Assembly (NCBI RefSeq): GCF_001194135.2
Contig: NC_068988.1
Coordinates: 91,642,943 to 91,706,942 of the forward strand
Direction: 5' to 3'
DNA length: 64,000 bases
From: Octopus bimaculoides
Taxonomy: Eukaryota
In this document: one piece after another, positions 1 to 11,260 of the stretch
How positions within the stretch are numbered: the first letter of the stretch is position 1
How the letters are laid out: every line of letters starts with the position of its first letter
The notes under the pieces: model-generated
The model's database searches: none
The model's input: only the letters and a program-made list of their open reading frames with translations
Told to the model about the DNA's origin: nothing
Made by a program: the position numbers and the translations under genes

Positions 1-81
1 CCAAGCATTAGACCAATACATCTGTTTGTTGTTTACACACCTGTCTTTATCTTTCATTTTATTTGTTTTTTTGTAAATTCA

Positions 82-145
<64 letters not shown>

Positions 146-251
146 ACTTGGGGATGGTCATATTGCCAGTTTAGCCAATAAAAACACACGCACTGTATAT
201 TTGGTGTTAATTTGCTTCAGCTTTATATTACATTAATCTTAATCTTATTTC

Positions 252-296
252 GGCCAGAGTTCTTTCGTCACACTTCTGTGACCTCATCAGTGGTCC
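252..296 (-). ncRNA. Minimal type I hammerhead ribozyme in a Penelope-type terminal repeat
   Basis: Minus strand: GGACCA CUGAUGA G GUCACA-gaag-UGUGAC GAAA G-aa-C UC / UGGCC. Intact core, 6-bp stem II, 2-bp stem III, stem I of 5 bp with one bulge; predicted CUC cleavage between 257 and 256. Confidence 0.75.
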
Positions 297-449
297 TTTG
301 TTTCCTTCTTTCTTATGTGTGTCTCACCTTGCTAACTATCAGCCATATATATATATATACACACACACACACGCACTCACACACACACACACACCTCTCT
401 CTCTCACTCTTGCCTATAAATATATCAAAGTAGAAATTAGAATACATAC

Positions 450-576
450 AGTTCCAGCACAGTAGTGCCCAACACGACAGCTATTGTCCAAACTAATTCC
501 ACCACTGACCAACATCACCTGTTTGTCTGGAGCAATTCTACATAACCTGGCAACATGAGACTTGAGGACAGAGACC
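450..576 (-). CDS. Exon (127 nt), VSVLKSHVARLCRIAPDKQVMLVSGGISLDNSCRVGHYCAGT
   Basis: Acceptor gattgtcgttgcag, donor act|gtatgt; phase 2 in matches the upstream exon ending gag ac|; open frame. Confidence 0.8.
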
Positions 577-2590
577 CTGCAACGACAATCAATACATTGG
601 GTAATCATTAATAATAACTCTACAAACAGCTTTAGGAATGATAAGATGTTACGCACATGAAAATATATAGATAATATATACAAAGCCCCATTACTTTGTT
701 GTCACTTACACTTAACTAAATAATTTCTTATTTCACACATCACTGGAGGTAAAACGCAATGAGACTATAGCACTTGTAGTTTACACCATGTGTAAACAAA
801 CACACAGATATTCTACACAAGTTTCTTTCAGTTCCTGCTGACCAAACCATTCAGAAGGTCCAAAGTGCCACACAGTGAGACTGAACCTGAAACCATGTGG
901 TCAGGAAGCAAATTTCTTAACTACAGTAATATGCATAGGAAGGGAAATATATGTTACCGTGATATAAAGGAAATATGACATGACACAATATGATCTCACA
1001 TGAGGCTACTAAAATGTCACCTTTTGACAGTAAATTTACACAGAAGATGATATTTCTATGAACATTGCTTGTTTCTAAGTGAGTCAGAAGAAGGTTAGTA
1101 TCCATAACTTCTTGCAAGCCCCACCCAAACATTCTAGCTGTCCTTCTTTACATTCATGGCCTTGTTTAACCTTTTTGATATCAGCCAATCTCAGAGCACC
1201 CTTGGTTCTGTGATACAAACTTCCTGTTTTATATGGATCTAAATGAAAACTTTCCCTAAGAAGGTTTAATGATGATTAAGTTATAAAGTTATTTTACTAA
1301 TTCTTCATTAATTTCAAAAATGAATTGAAACAAAAGCAGTGTTTCAACAGGAATATGATAACTAAAGAGTTAGTCATATCTGTCCCTTTACATTTTAACC
1401 CTTTAGCAATTAAACTGGCTATAACTGGCTCTGGCCAGCCCCAGCCTCTCACACATACCCTACAATACCATTCTAAAAATAACAATCACATCATCGAAAT
1501 CTTCAAGCTATGTGATAATGCATGATTAATTTGAAACAATGTGAATAAATAAGCATCACATTTGACAGAGTAATCTGAATGCTAAACGGTTAATTCTTAC
1601 TTCGTTGAATGCATGTGAAAGTATGCTAGAACTGAAGTCTAGCTGGGAGGCCTGTTTGGCTTTTGACAGGTGAAGACACGATATAAGAGATGTGAGTAAT
1701 GTGTCATACTTACGTCTCAGTGGTGTAGCAAGTATCAATGGTTAGCATCTGGCCTAACTCAACAAGAAACACATACAACATGGTGGCAGTCAACTAGAAA
1801 GGAGGCTGCTGACCACACGAGGACAACGTAATAAACACGTCCAACGTGACAATGGAGAACGACAGCTGCAAATGAGGTGATGCACGGCAAATATGAAAGC
1901 TGCTGAACAGTGGGCACTGGTCAGCGATGAAGACAGGCTGTGAGAGGACAGCAAGGTGCTTTCCTGCCTGACAAGACTCAGCCCAAACGACAGTAGAGAG
2001 GCTACTACTGTATACAACGTCAACAGTCTTGGGCCGCAAGTACACTGCATGAACCTTCTTACAGACCTGAAAGAAGACAGAAAGATATAAGGATCAGTTG
2101 TGAATATTATCTGATGCAACATAACAATATTTAAAACTTGGATATATACATATATGTCATACAAAGTTCTTGGCCAATGAGTCGCTTTTGTAACTTTTCT
2201 TGCTGATTAAAGACTTTTATATATACCCATATTTAGTTCTTTTTCTCCAATATGATATTAATATACACACACGCACACACACTGTTTACTTGCTGGATGA
2301 TGGTCTTTTCATGATAATATGAGGAAGTCTTTGAAGCAGAACTTTTACAACCAAATGCTCTTCTTGTCACCAAACTTAACTGTTTCTTCAAGATATTTTT
2401 ATACTCCAGACAGATTTGAAAGCACAAAGCAAGCAGATGATTGCTTGACAGGAAAGTAATTTTAGGATATCGACAGAACATTTATTGAAACATGACTCGA
2501 TATTAAAAGGTGAATCAAATTTAATATAAATTTTGTTTTGACTTGGACTTTCAAGTTGTGTCTGATAGCTTATATGAGAATAAAGTCCCA

Positions 2591-2629
<39 letters not shown>

Positions 2630-5600
2630 ATATAAGTTGAAATTTACACGAAAAAAGATGAAGACAGGTATATGAACAACAAGCAGATGTATTTGACGCT
2701 CGAGAAAGTAAGAAAGTCTTTAGGCTTCGAGCCTATGCTCTTCAACAGAAAGGAATAAGAGAGATAAACAGAGAGAGAATAAAAAAACTTGTGGATTTAT
2801 CGGTCAAGCATGGTAACTGGTTGGAAAAAAAGGCTATTACACACACACAAGTACACAACACATTATCATGGTTGTTTAAATACTCAATTTTCTCAATGGA
2901 AAGCAAAAACACTTATTCAACACATTGGTATCAATAAACTGTCCTATCACTTCTATAACACCCTCTGATCTCCTGAACTTGATCACACTCTTTCAAACCC
3001 TTTTCTCTTGTTAATTTTACTGTATTCCATCCCTTAATCCTGGCATTAATTAAACACTAATCCATCCCAGTAGAGCTCATATCTAGTTAATTGTTTTCCA
3101 AGAACAACTAACCTTTAAGCTACAAACTGGCACATTATCAACACTATTTAAACCACTCCCTTATATAGACAATGTTCCTTCCGCCTTAACACAGTTAAAG
3201 AGATGAAATAAAAATAAGGACCTTCAACAGAAAACCTTTCCACATGTGTCATGACCATGTGTCATTTAATAGTGAGACCAAAATTTGAAATCTGCACAAC
3301 CACTCCTCTAAATTTTCCCTAGTATATCTCAATATCTTCCATGCTCAACAAACAATGTTTTGCTGTCCAGCAACCTTCAACTATTCAGTCTTCCTAGCTG
3401 TGAATAGGTAGTGTGGTGCGACATAACATCACTTCTGTATGTACCAAGGTACTGTTAACTATATCATATCGCAACCAAAGCAGAATTTCTGAAGGCCATG
3501 GAGGCAGTAAGAGAGTGAGACAATACCCTTTATATTTAATTTGGTGCCTCATTGTTGTCTATTTTGTTCCCACTGTAGCTAATAAAAAAAAGTATTGTTT
3601 GTTATAATGGGCATAAGAAACATTGATTAGATTACACTGAGATAACGAAAAAAAAAATAAAGGATAGAACAACTAGACCAATGGTTGAAGTAGTTGATAA
3701 CAAGCCTTTCTAACTGAAAATGGCACTTGCACCAAATCTACATGGCCCATTGGTACATGTCCAACACAGTAATCCTACCACAGCTTTAGGTGTAAGAAAT
3801 CTGATATAATATATAAAGATCAGTGGTTAGAAACACCTTTTTATTTTATTCCCCACTCCACTGTACCTTTAAGTAGAAATTGCTTTAACAAGCCACCCCT
3901 CAACAAAGAGAGTAGCTTACCACCTGTCCTCTACATCTTCCAGATGAAAACAAATAAGTAACAACTGTTAGAATTATTAAAGCACATTTAGTCATATTGA
4001 TTGATCAGACGTGTGTCTATTGTGTGAAGCTAAAACTTGACTGAAACCGAACCTGTCATCATAATGAATCATTGCAACACATATACATACATACATACAC
4101 ACATTATACACACACTCACACAGATCTGATCATTAACAGTAGCTATAGCAATGAAAGCACAGAGGCTTGGCAATTTGCATATATAGATTAACAGCAACAT
4201 AGACACTATAGTGGCAGAGAATATCAGCCACTCGTAAGTCAAAAGTCAATAGATTTGCTCATTCAAAAGCAGCCTCTTTCTTTCACACACAATACAACAT
4301 ACACTTACATCGACAGGGAGAGCAGAGTTAGTTATGGCTTCAAAAATATCGTTCAGGACCCACCTCCTCATCACACTTAAATCTTAGGGACAACGAGATC
4401 TGGCTTTCATTCATTTCTTTCACCTGGTATAACAACAGATGCAAATAAATAAATAAATGAATTCCTGCTGCTGTTGTTTAGCTCTAATCAAATGTATTCA
4501 AGCATGTCCACTCCTTATTCAAAACTGGTATATATATATCTAGGACAACATTAAACAATGTGACCATTAAGTAGAGTGCAATATGAGGGATACTTGGCTG
4601 CTATTTCTAGCAGACTGACAGATCATGTAGAGGCTTCTTTAGTAGGTTATATCAGCTTTCAATAGAGACAAATTGATATTCAAAATATTACAAATAAATA
4701 AGTGAGGGTATGAATTCACTGAACTGTATCTCCTCTAAAAATATAACTTTCTGCCAATATCAGAAATCAATATTGTGTGTGTGTGTGATTTTTCAGTGAT
4801 TTGTTTTATATCCATTCTTCCATGATAGTATAGGTTGACTGAATTCTTATTAGCGACATGTAATTTTACAACCAGATGCCCTTCCTCTTGATAACCCTTA
4901 CCATTACTGCTTTTCAAGTAAGAAATTTTAATATGGCATGTCTTTCGCTCTACATCTACATAAGTTGCAGGCTACAAGCAGTATTAAATGTCACTTCCAT
5001 GACCAAATTATTCGCTCACATTGTGCCTTCAGAGACAAGTGAAATAAAAGATCATTTGGCTGTGAAACAGGTAAAAAGGTAAAAGTTAGAAACAAGAAAG
5101 GCATCTTAGCTGTAAAACCATGTCTCAATAGTCATCAAACTCATGCTAGCATGGAAAAATAAGCATAAAACAAATGAATATATACCATCATCATTTAATG
5201 TCCACTTTGCCATGCTTGCATGGATCAGATAGAATCTGTTGAGGTAGATTTCCTACAACCAGAAGTCCTTTCTGTTTTCTGTCTCCAATGCTCACCTGTG
5301 TTGAAGCTAAGCAATATTTCCCGGCTGGCCAGACATGTTTTCCACAGAAGACTCAAAATGAGCAATCTTGCATGACAATGATCCTCATTTACAACCATCG
5401 GGTACACACAAACACATAGGCTCATTTTCAGAGATCAATGAAATAAGAGATTACAAGATCAATGAAATAAGTACCAGACAAAGTACTGGGGTTCAATATT
5501 ATTGATTAAATGCCTTAAATGTGTTGCCCCAACATCAACTTGATCTAATGACTGAAATCAGAAAAAAGAAGAGTACTAAGTCTCTTTTCCTCCAGCTTGT

Positions 5601-5814
5601 TTATATATATCACATCACCAGCAGGTATGGCTTTGTTCTTTACCTGGCAAGTTGTTTGTATAGGTGTCTATCAAGACAGAAATATTGACCATTGTCAGTA
5701 GCAGGATGTCAACAGATGGCTGAACTGGTTCAGATGTGTAAGAACAACTAGATTTTGAATATGGTGTAACACTAAGTAACAGCTGGATGGACTGTTCAAT
5801 GTTTAGCAATAACA
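450..5814 (-). CDS. FANCA: Partial multi-exon gene (5 exons: 5644-5814, 4309-4382, 3921-3964, 1714-2066, 450-576), probable Fanconi anemia group A (FANCA)-like alpha-solenoid protein, C-terminal third; continues beyond the left edge, upstream exons unresolved
   Basis: All exons have AG/GT ends and chained phases (1-1, 1-0, 0-2, 2-2, 2-0), apart from a 1-nt deficit in the 353-nt exon. Spliced translation: ...LLLNIEQSIQLLLSVTPY...NNLPDLSVMRRWVLNDIFEAITNSALPVDLLLICFHLEDVEDRWSVRRFMQCTCGPRLL...AHCSAAFIFAVHHL...TATMLYVFLVELGQML...SHVARLCRIAPDKQVMLVSGGISL... It resembles, in order, human FANCA segments as I remember them (RWRRHCQ, SAAALHFAIQQ, GRLLLRVAPDQHTRLL). Identity is from memory only; the exon structure is better supported than the name. 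Confidence 0.5.
1399..1589 (+). mobile_element. piggyBac-like MITE (about 190 bp)
   Basis: TTAA on both sides, TIR ccctttagca / tgctaaacgg; related copies at about 9020-9180, 24099-24318 and 57573-57787. Confidence 0.75.
1714..2066 (-). CDS. Exon (353 nt, one base short of the 354 required by flanking phases), SVRRFMQC...RVVSSLLSS / LTATMLYVFLVELGQMLTIDTCYTTE
   Basis: Strong acceptor tttctgtcttctttcag, donor gac|gtaagt; higher GC with retained CpGs in a CpG-poor neighbourhood; frame switches at 1792-1793. Confidence 0.75.
2640..2850 (-). mobile_element. Penelope-type terminal repeat fragment with decayed hammerhead motif (2718-2752); a related inverted piece lies at 1-83
   Basis: Close match to 49145-49290 (aacaacaagcag...gcctatgctcttcaacagaaagg...aaacagagagagaataaa). 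Confidence 0.65.
3921..3964 (-). CDS. Exon (44 nt), LLLICFHLEDVEDR(W)
   Basis: Acceptor ttctaacag, donor gtg|gtaagc; phase 0 in and phase 2 out link both neighbours in frame. Confidence 0.7.
4309..4382 (-). CDS. Exon (74 nt), (D)LSVMRRWVLNDIFEAITNSALPVD
   Basis: Acceptor gttgtccctaag, donor gat|gtaagt; the two upstream AGs tested (4400-4401, 4424-4425) give stops. Confidence 0.75.
5644..5814 (-). CDS. Exon (about 171 nt; acceptor position uncertain), LLLNIEQSIQLLLSVTPYSKSSCSYTSEPVQPSVDILLLTMVNISVLIDTYTNNLP
   Basis: Donor ccag|gtaaag with phase 1 joins the next exon in frame; several alternative AGs (ctgcag, gaacag, atccag). Confidence 0.65.
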
Positions 5815-6160
5815 CTGCAGTTGTAGGCATACCATGATGAGCCTTTTGATACAAACCAGCCCAAGCCCTATGATACAAATTCACTGATTTAAAATATAAT
5901 GAAAACTTTCCACAAAAATTTCATAATTTATATTCGAAACACCAGCTTAATGCTGACAAATCTATTTCAATAAATTCTTTATTATTTTCAAAATTAATCT
6001 TTAGTATTCAAACCATCAATATCAAGCCCATATATTTTATGTTTAAACCAGTTTTATGTTCAACCTACCTTTTAATGTTATTCTAAAATTAAATAATCAC
6101 ATCGTCAAAATCTTGAAATCATGAGATAATGCATGATTAATTCAAAACAATGTGAATATA

Positions 6161-7440
6161 TTAGAGTGTTCAGAAAGTAATTGCATTTTACCAGAAAGGT
6201 CTGGAGCAGGCTTCTGCATGGCCGGCTCCTGTCAAACTCTCCCACCCATGCTAGCATGGAAGGCAGACATTAAACAAGGATGATGATGATGATGATATAA
6301 AAACAAATGTTTATCTGAATAGTTTTAATGAAGAATGTAATCGCCATTGTTCTCAATGATTGCAGCCCAACAGGAAAGTAATTTTTTTATGCCACATTCA
6401 AAGAAACCTATTTCTTTCCCTAGAAAAAAAAATGTCTGAAAGACTTTTCAACCTCCTCTCCGTTTCTGAATGTTTTACCTCTTATAAAATTTTCTAGTGA
6501 TTGGAACAGATAAAATTCCCTAGGTGCTAAGTTAGGTGAGTCTGAAGGATGTGAACTTACCATCCTAACAATCTTATTTTCTCTTGGATTTGTTTTGAAG
6601 AGTGTGGCCAGGCATTGTTATGCTGTAGAATGCCACCTTTTCTGCTTACCAAAGCTGGTCACTTTCAACGTGATTTTTCACTTACACAATCAAGTTGTTG
6701 GCAACAGACATCTGCATTGATGGTCCTTCCATGTTCCAGTAGTTTGTAATGGACAGTACCTCTCATGTTCCACCAAACACAGAGCAAGGATTTTACGGAT
6801 GGAGTTCTGGTTTTGGTGTTGATACTGGACTCTCATTACATGATAACCATTGTCTTTTTCATTTTCTGTTGTGATGCAAAACCTATTTTTCATCACCTGT
6901 AACAATGTACTGCAGAAATGACAGGTTTTTATTCCTGGTTAGAAGACTGCTGCAGATGGTAGAATGTTGTGTTTGGTTCAGAAACATAAGCTCATGTGGA
7001 ACCCAAATTCACTCTTTGCATGTCTTCCCAATTTGCTTGAGACGTTCATGGATAGTCAAATATGACACATTAAATTTCTGGTCTTCTTCCAGAGCAAGGC
7101 TTGTTGGATATGTCACAATCATCATCTTTAAACCTTGTAAACCACAGCTGACATGTATAAGCTTTTACTGCATCCAGATACACTTCACAAATGTTTTTCA
7201 TTGCTTCTGTAATGGTATTTTCCTTTCAAAACTCATACAGTAAAGAATGATGAATGTATTGTTTCATAAAATTCTTATCTTCTATGGGATTAATTACCAA
7301 AATAACTATGAATGATACACTGCGGGATAGAAGAAATGATACACTATTCCTAGACAGTTCCTGCCAACTCGACCTTAGCTCTGACATGGTTGGTTAATTT
7401 ATATTTCATGGCGATGAAAAATAGTTTCCGAACACCCTAA
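6161..7440 (-). mobile_element. Full-length (1280 bp) decayed mariner transposon
   Basis: TIRs ttagagtgttcagaaa / tttccgaacaccctaa, TA on both sides; broken transposase with remnants of the ITGDEKW, CVWW..G..HY.LL, HDNARPH and YSPDLAP regions. Confidence 0.85.
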
Positions 7441-8388
7441 TACAAGCACTGCATTTGGCAGAGTAACATGAATGCTAAACGGATAACTGAAACAAAGACT
7501 TGTATTTCCATAGAAATATGACAAAAGGGTTATAGAAAGGGAAGAGAATCCTGGATAGAATGAATCCAGCATATTTAAAACAGTAATACTGAAACCAAGA
7601 TCATAGAAACTTAAGCTTTGTGGTTAAATGTCTAAATCTCCGAGATTATTTTTTCAATACAATTAAAATTTTTCAAACTATCAACCACATCTTCAGAGAT
7701 AATAAAATGCTTTAATATTTACGTCTACACCATATTTTAATGAGTTTAATTTCTGATTGTCATCAAGTATCTTATTCCTGGAAGTGTATATAATATCTAT
7801 ATTTCTAAATAAGGGGATACTCTTATCCACTAAGTATGTAGAATTAACGTCACATTTTTAGATCTTTTTTTAGTAACAACATGCTTATTGATCTAATTTC
7901 AATACTAGAATTACTGATTGGTCTTTCTATGAGCTCTGTATATATTGCTTCTTTTGATTTCTCTACATTACCACCATGGCTCTGTCAATTATAGATATTT
8001 CATTCCATAGCAACGATTTCCTTTTGCGCTTCATATATGTTCAGCCAGCCCTGATTAAGATGCCTCTCCTCTCATTAAAGATTTTCTTACATGTTCTTCT
8101 ATATAAACATTTCAGAGTCTCTCAAAAAAACATCCGGATTTTTGTCCACTGATGTGAATCCCCTGCAAACATCAGGAAAATGTAACAACCAACAGCTATT
8201 CCATGATGTACAAGTGAAAAGGACAGAAACTGAAGTTAGAAGTTTGAGATATTAAAAGCTTACTGTCACTACAAACTATATAATCATACCATACTGGAGA
8301 CATCAGCACATTGGATAGAATGCTACACAGTATTTGTTTAATGGGATTAACTTTGCTTTTCATCCTTTTGGGGTTGACAAAAAGGTAC

Positions 8389-8604
8389 CTATCCAGGGCG
8401 TGAGATTGGTGAAAACATAATAGACTGGATGCCATGCAGTATTTGTCCTGGCAATATGCATTCTTCAAATCTTGCCATGTTTCATGTGGGTAGTGGTGGA
8501 CTTAATCTGCCGCCAAGTTCAACACCATGGATTCCACTCTATTACAAGCATCTGAGCCAAGCCTGCAGTCTGAGGATAGCTTCTTCCAACCAGTCTCAGC
8601 TAGC
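8389..8604 (-). pseudogene. Candidate upstream exon (216 nt, phase 2-2) with one in-frame TAA at 8502-8504
   Basis: tttacaag acceptor, gat ag|gtacct donor; frame reads LAETGWKK...LAAD*VHHYPHETWQDLKNAYCQDKYCMASSLLCFHQSHALD; LLCFHQS recalls FANCA LMDFHQS. One stop in 72 codons can arise by chance. Confidence 0.25.
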
Positions 8605-10699
8605 CTTGTAAAGAGTCATGGACTAAAAGATGAGTAGGTGTGTGTGCGTACATACATACATATATATATATATATATTATAGATTCAAGCATGGCTGTGT
8701 GTTAAGAAGCTTGCTTTCCCAACTCCATGGTTCCAGGTTCAGTCCCACTGCATGGCACCTTGAGTATCTTCTTCTATAGCCTTGGGCCAACCAAAGCCTT
8801 GAGGGTGGATTTCATAAAGGGAAACTAAAAGAAGCTCATCATATGTGTGTGTATATATATATATCAAAAGCTACTTCCTCTACTGAATCTACTTGAAGAT
8901 ATATATATATATATCATCATCATCATCATCATCATCAACATCGTTTAACGTCCGTTTTCCATGCTGGCATGGGTTGGATGGTTCAACTGGGTCCTTCAAT
9001 GCTCATCACCCTCTTCTTGTTTAATGTAATCCTTCGATTTATAAAAGATTTTGATGATGTGATTATTTATCTTTAGAATAACATTGTAGGGTAGGTGTGA
9101 GAGGCTGAATCTCATAAGTTTGAACATAAAACAAGGATAATATTCTGGCCAGATATGGCCAGTTTAAACACTAAAGGGTTAAACATGGACAGTGAATGCA
9201 GATGATGTGTGAAGGCTGGAAAGAAATAAGACAAAAAGCTCCACTGGGTGTGTAATGTTACTGTGTATAAACAATGGAGTACAAATGAACTGAGAGAAAA
9301 ACCAAGTAAGCATCAGATGTAGTGTACAAGACAGAAGACTAAGCTAGTACAGACATGTGAAACATGGAGAGAATGACAAATGTGCAAAGAAGTGACAAAT
9401 AATTCAAATGGAAGGAACTTGCTGTAGAGAAGACATGGGGAGAAGTGAAGTCTGGTCTCGGGTTACAGAACTTTATGAAGATGACAAAAGACTGCAGCAA
9501 GAAGTGAGAAGCTGTGTTGAAGAAGATCCATTGAAAAGCATGGAAAAACAAATGAAAAAAACAAGACAGATGTTGCTGACACCAATGAAGCTATTGACAA
9601 CAAACGACAATGGAAAACTACAGAAAGAAACAGTATAAAGGCTTGTTGAAAAACCAGTCAATAAGCACAGGACTGACATTAGCTCAAACCACTTGACACT
9701 ATCTTTGGTACAATGACACAAACTTCATACTTCAAAGTGATTTGAATAAAAGCTTTCCATCAAAATTTCATGTTAATTTATGGTTCAAATACTAATACTA
9801 ATTTAATAAATGACCAAGTTATTTCACTAAATTCATTATTTTCAAAATTAACTGAAATAAAAAGCAGTACATTTCAATAGAAATATAACAAAATGGTTAA
9901 ACAACCTACAGAGTGTTAATTAATTGCACATTCATTAGTAGCCTAGTGGATGAGAGCTTCATTACTATCTTAGTTTAGAAATAAATGATCCGAGTTCAAA
10001 ACCAGTTCACTACTGTGTACACATCTAGTAATAAAACAGTCAATCAAAACAAAGTATAAATGTAAATATTAAAATATTTTTCACCTCCAGAAGTTAATAG
10101 TCTGAAAAATTATAGCCATATTTAGTTTTATGGTATTTAACAATTAGCTCAAGAGCCCCAAACTATAAAACTAATGGACTACCACACACACACACACACA
10201 CGCACACACAATAAAATGTTAAAAATGACACTGGTTCAGAATATTATGAAAGGAGTAAAATGCAATGCAGTAATGAGAGAAAAGTATTGAATGTGGAAGA
10301 TGTATGAATGGTGGAGAGAACAAAAGAGATGAGAGAGAGAGGGAGACTGGGTGTTAAAGGCAGTCAGACAGGCTGGTATGGACGACAACTGTTGTATGCT
10401 GACAATAGAAAGCCACCATGGCAACAGAGGTTTGTGGGAGATGTAAGAGGAAGTAATGCGATTAGATCGCACAATGTTAAGATTCCCAGCCAAGATGAAG
10501 CTGGACCAAGTAATAGTAAATCTCTATCTAAATCATGCCAACATGCAAAAACAGATATTCCATAATGAAACAGATAAATAACTAGTTCAGTTACTTATTT
10601 CAGCTAAATGAAGGCGTATCTTTAACTTCCTATAACAGTCATGGTAAAGCAAACTTTACAGAAGAAAATATTGAGTAGCATGTATAAGACATTAATCAA

Positions 10700-11260
10700 T
10701 CAGCATCACCATCATTTTCACATCCATTGAGGTCTTCTTGCTGCAGTCTTTTATCTCCTTTATGAGGCTCAGCAACCAGAGGTCAGCCAACACTACTTCT
10801 TCCATGGTCTTCTTTCCCATACTTCTTCCAATTGATTCATTTAACACTATCCATACCACAGACACATAGAAGTGTCTTTTCTCTATAGCTATGAAATATC
10901 AATGGTACATATATGCATCACTCACAGAGCCATAAAATCCCAGAGATGCTGATATACATCCTTTAACCATTAATATGGCATTTGTAGTATGGAAAGTGTT
11001 ATCCTTGCTTCGCCCAACTGCCATGCTTTCTATGCATCACATAGCTGCACCAGTTTTCTTTCTGGCACACTGTAACCAATTCCTGTCATATGCCCATTCT
11101 CTTTCTTAGGTCACTTCTGCCCCATCAATAATATATGTTGACATTACCATCAAACACATTTCCTTTCTTTCCATCATTCATACACCAACTGTATTCTGTG
11201 CCCATGTCTTCCCATCATACAAAATCATACTTTGCACGCAGTAATAAATAAGGTATCAAC
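10700..11260 (-). mobile_element. RTE-type LINE 3' fragment, decayed
   Basis: VQSMILYDGKTW resembles the V.S.LLYG.ETW motif after RT; ends near a (tga/gat)-rich tail. Confidence 0.6.

Noticed and set aside
1790-1960. In-frame TGA codons on the plus strand as selenocysteine
   Set aside because: These are the antisense of the minus-strand exon; no SECIS or plus-strand gene structure
9339-9721. Overlapping ORFs on both strands
   Set aside because: No consistent splice pair or recognisable motif; composition is Phe/Ser-biased antisense of purine-rich DNA
10236-10500. Minus ORF with PWW...IPACLT...QSPSLS, resembling FANCA PW...LPAVLT...QGPSLS
   Set aside because: No usable donor before the stop, and the plus strand resembles a decayed RTE 3' end; worth rechecking only if a protein-to-genome alignment recovers it
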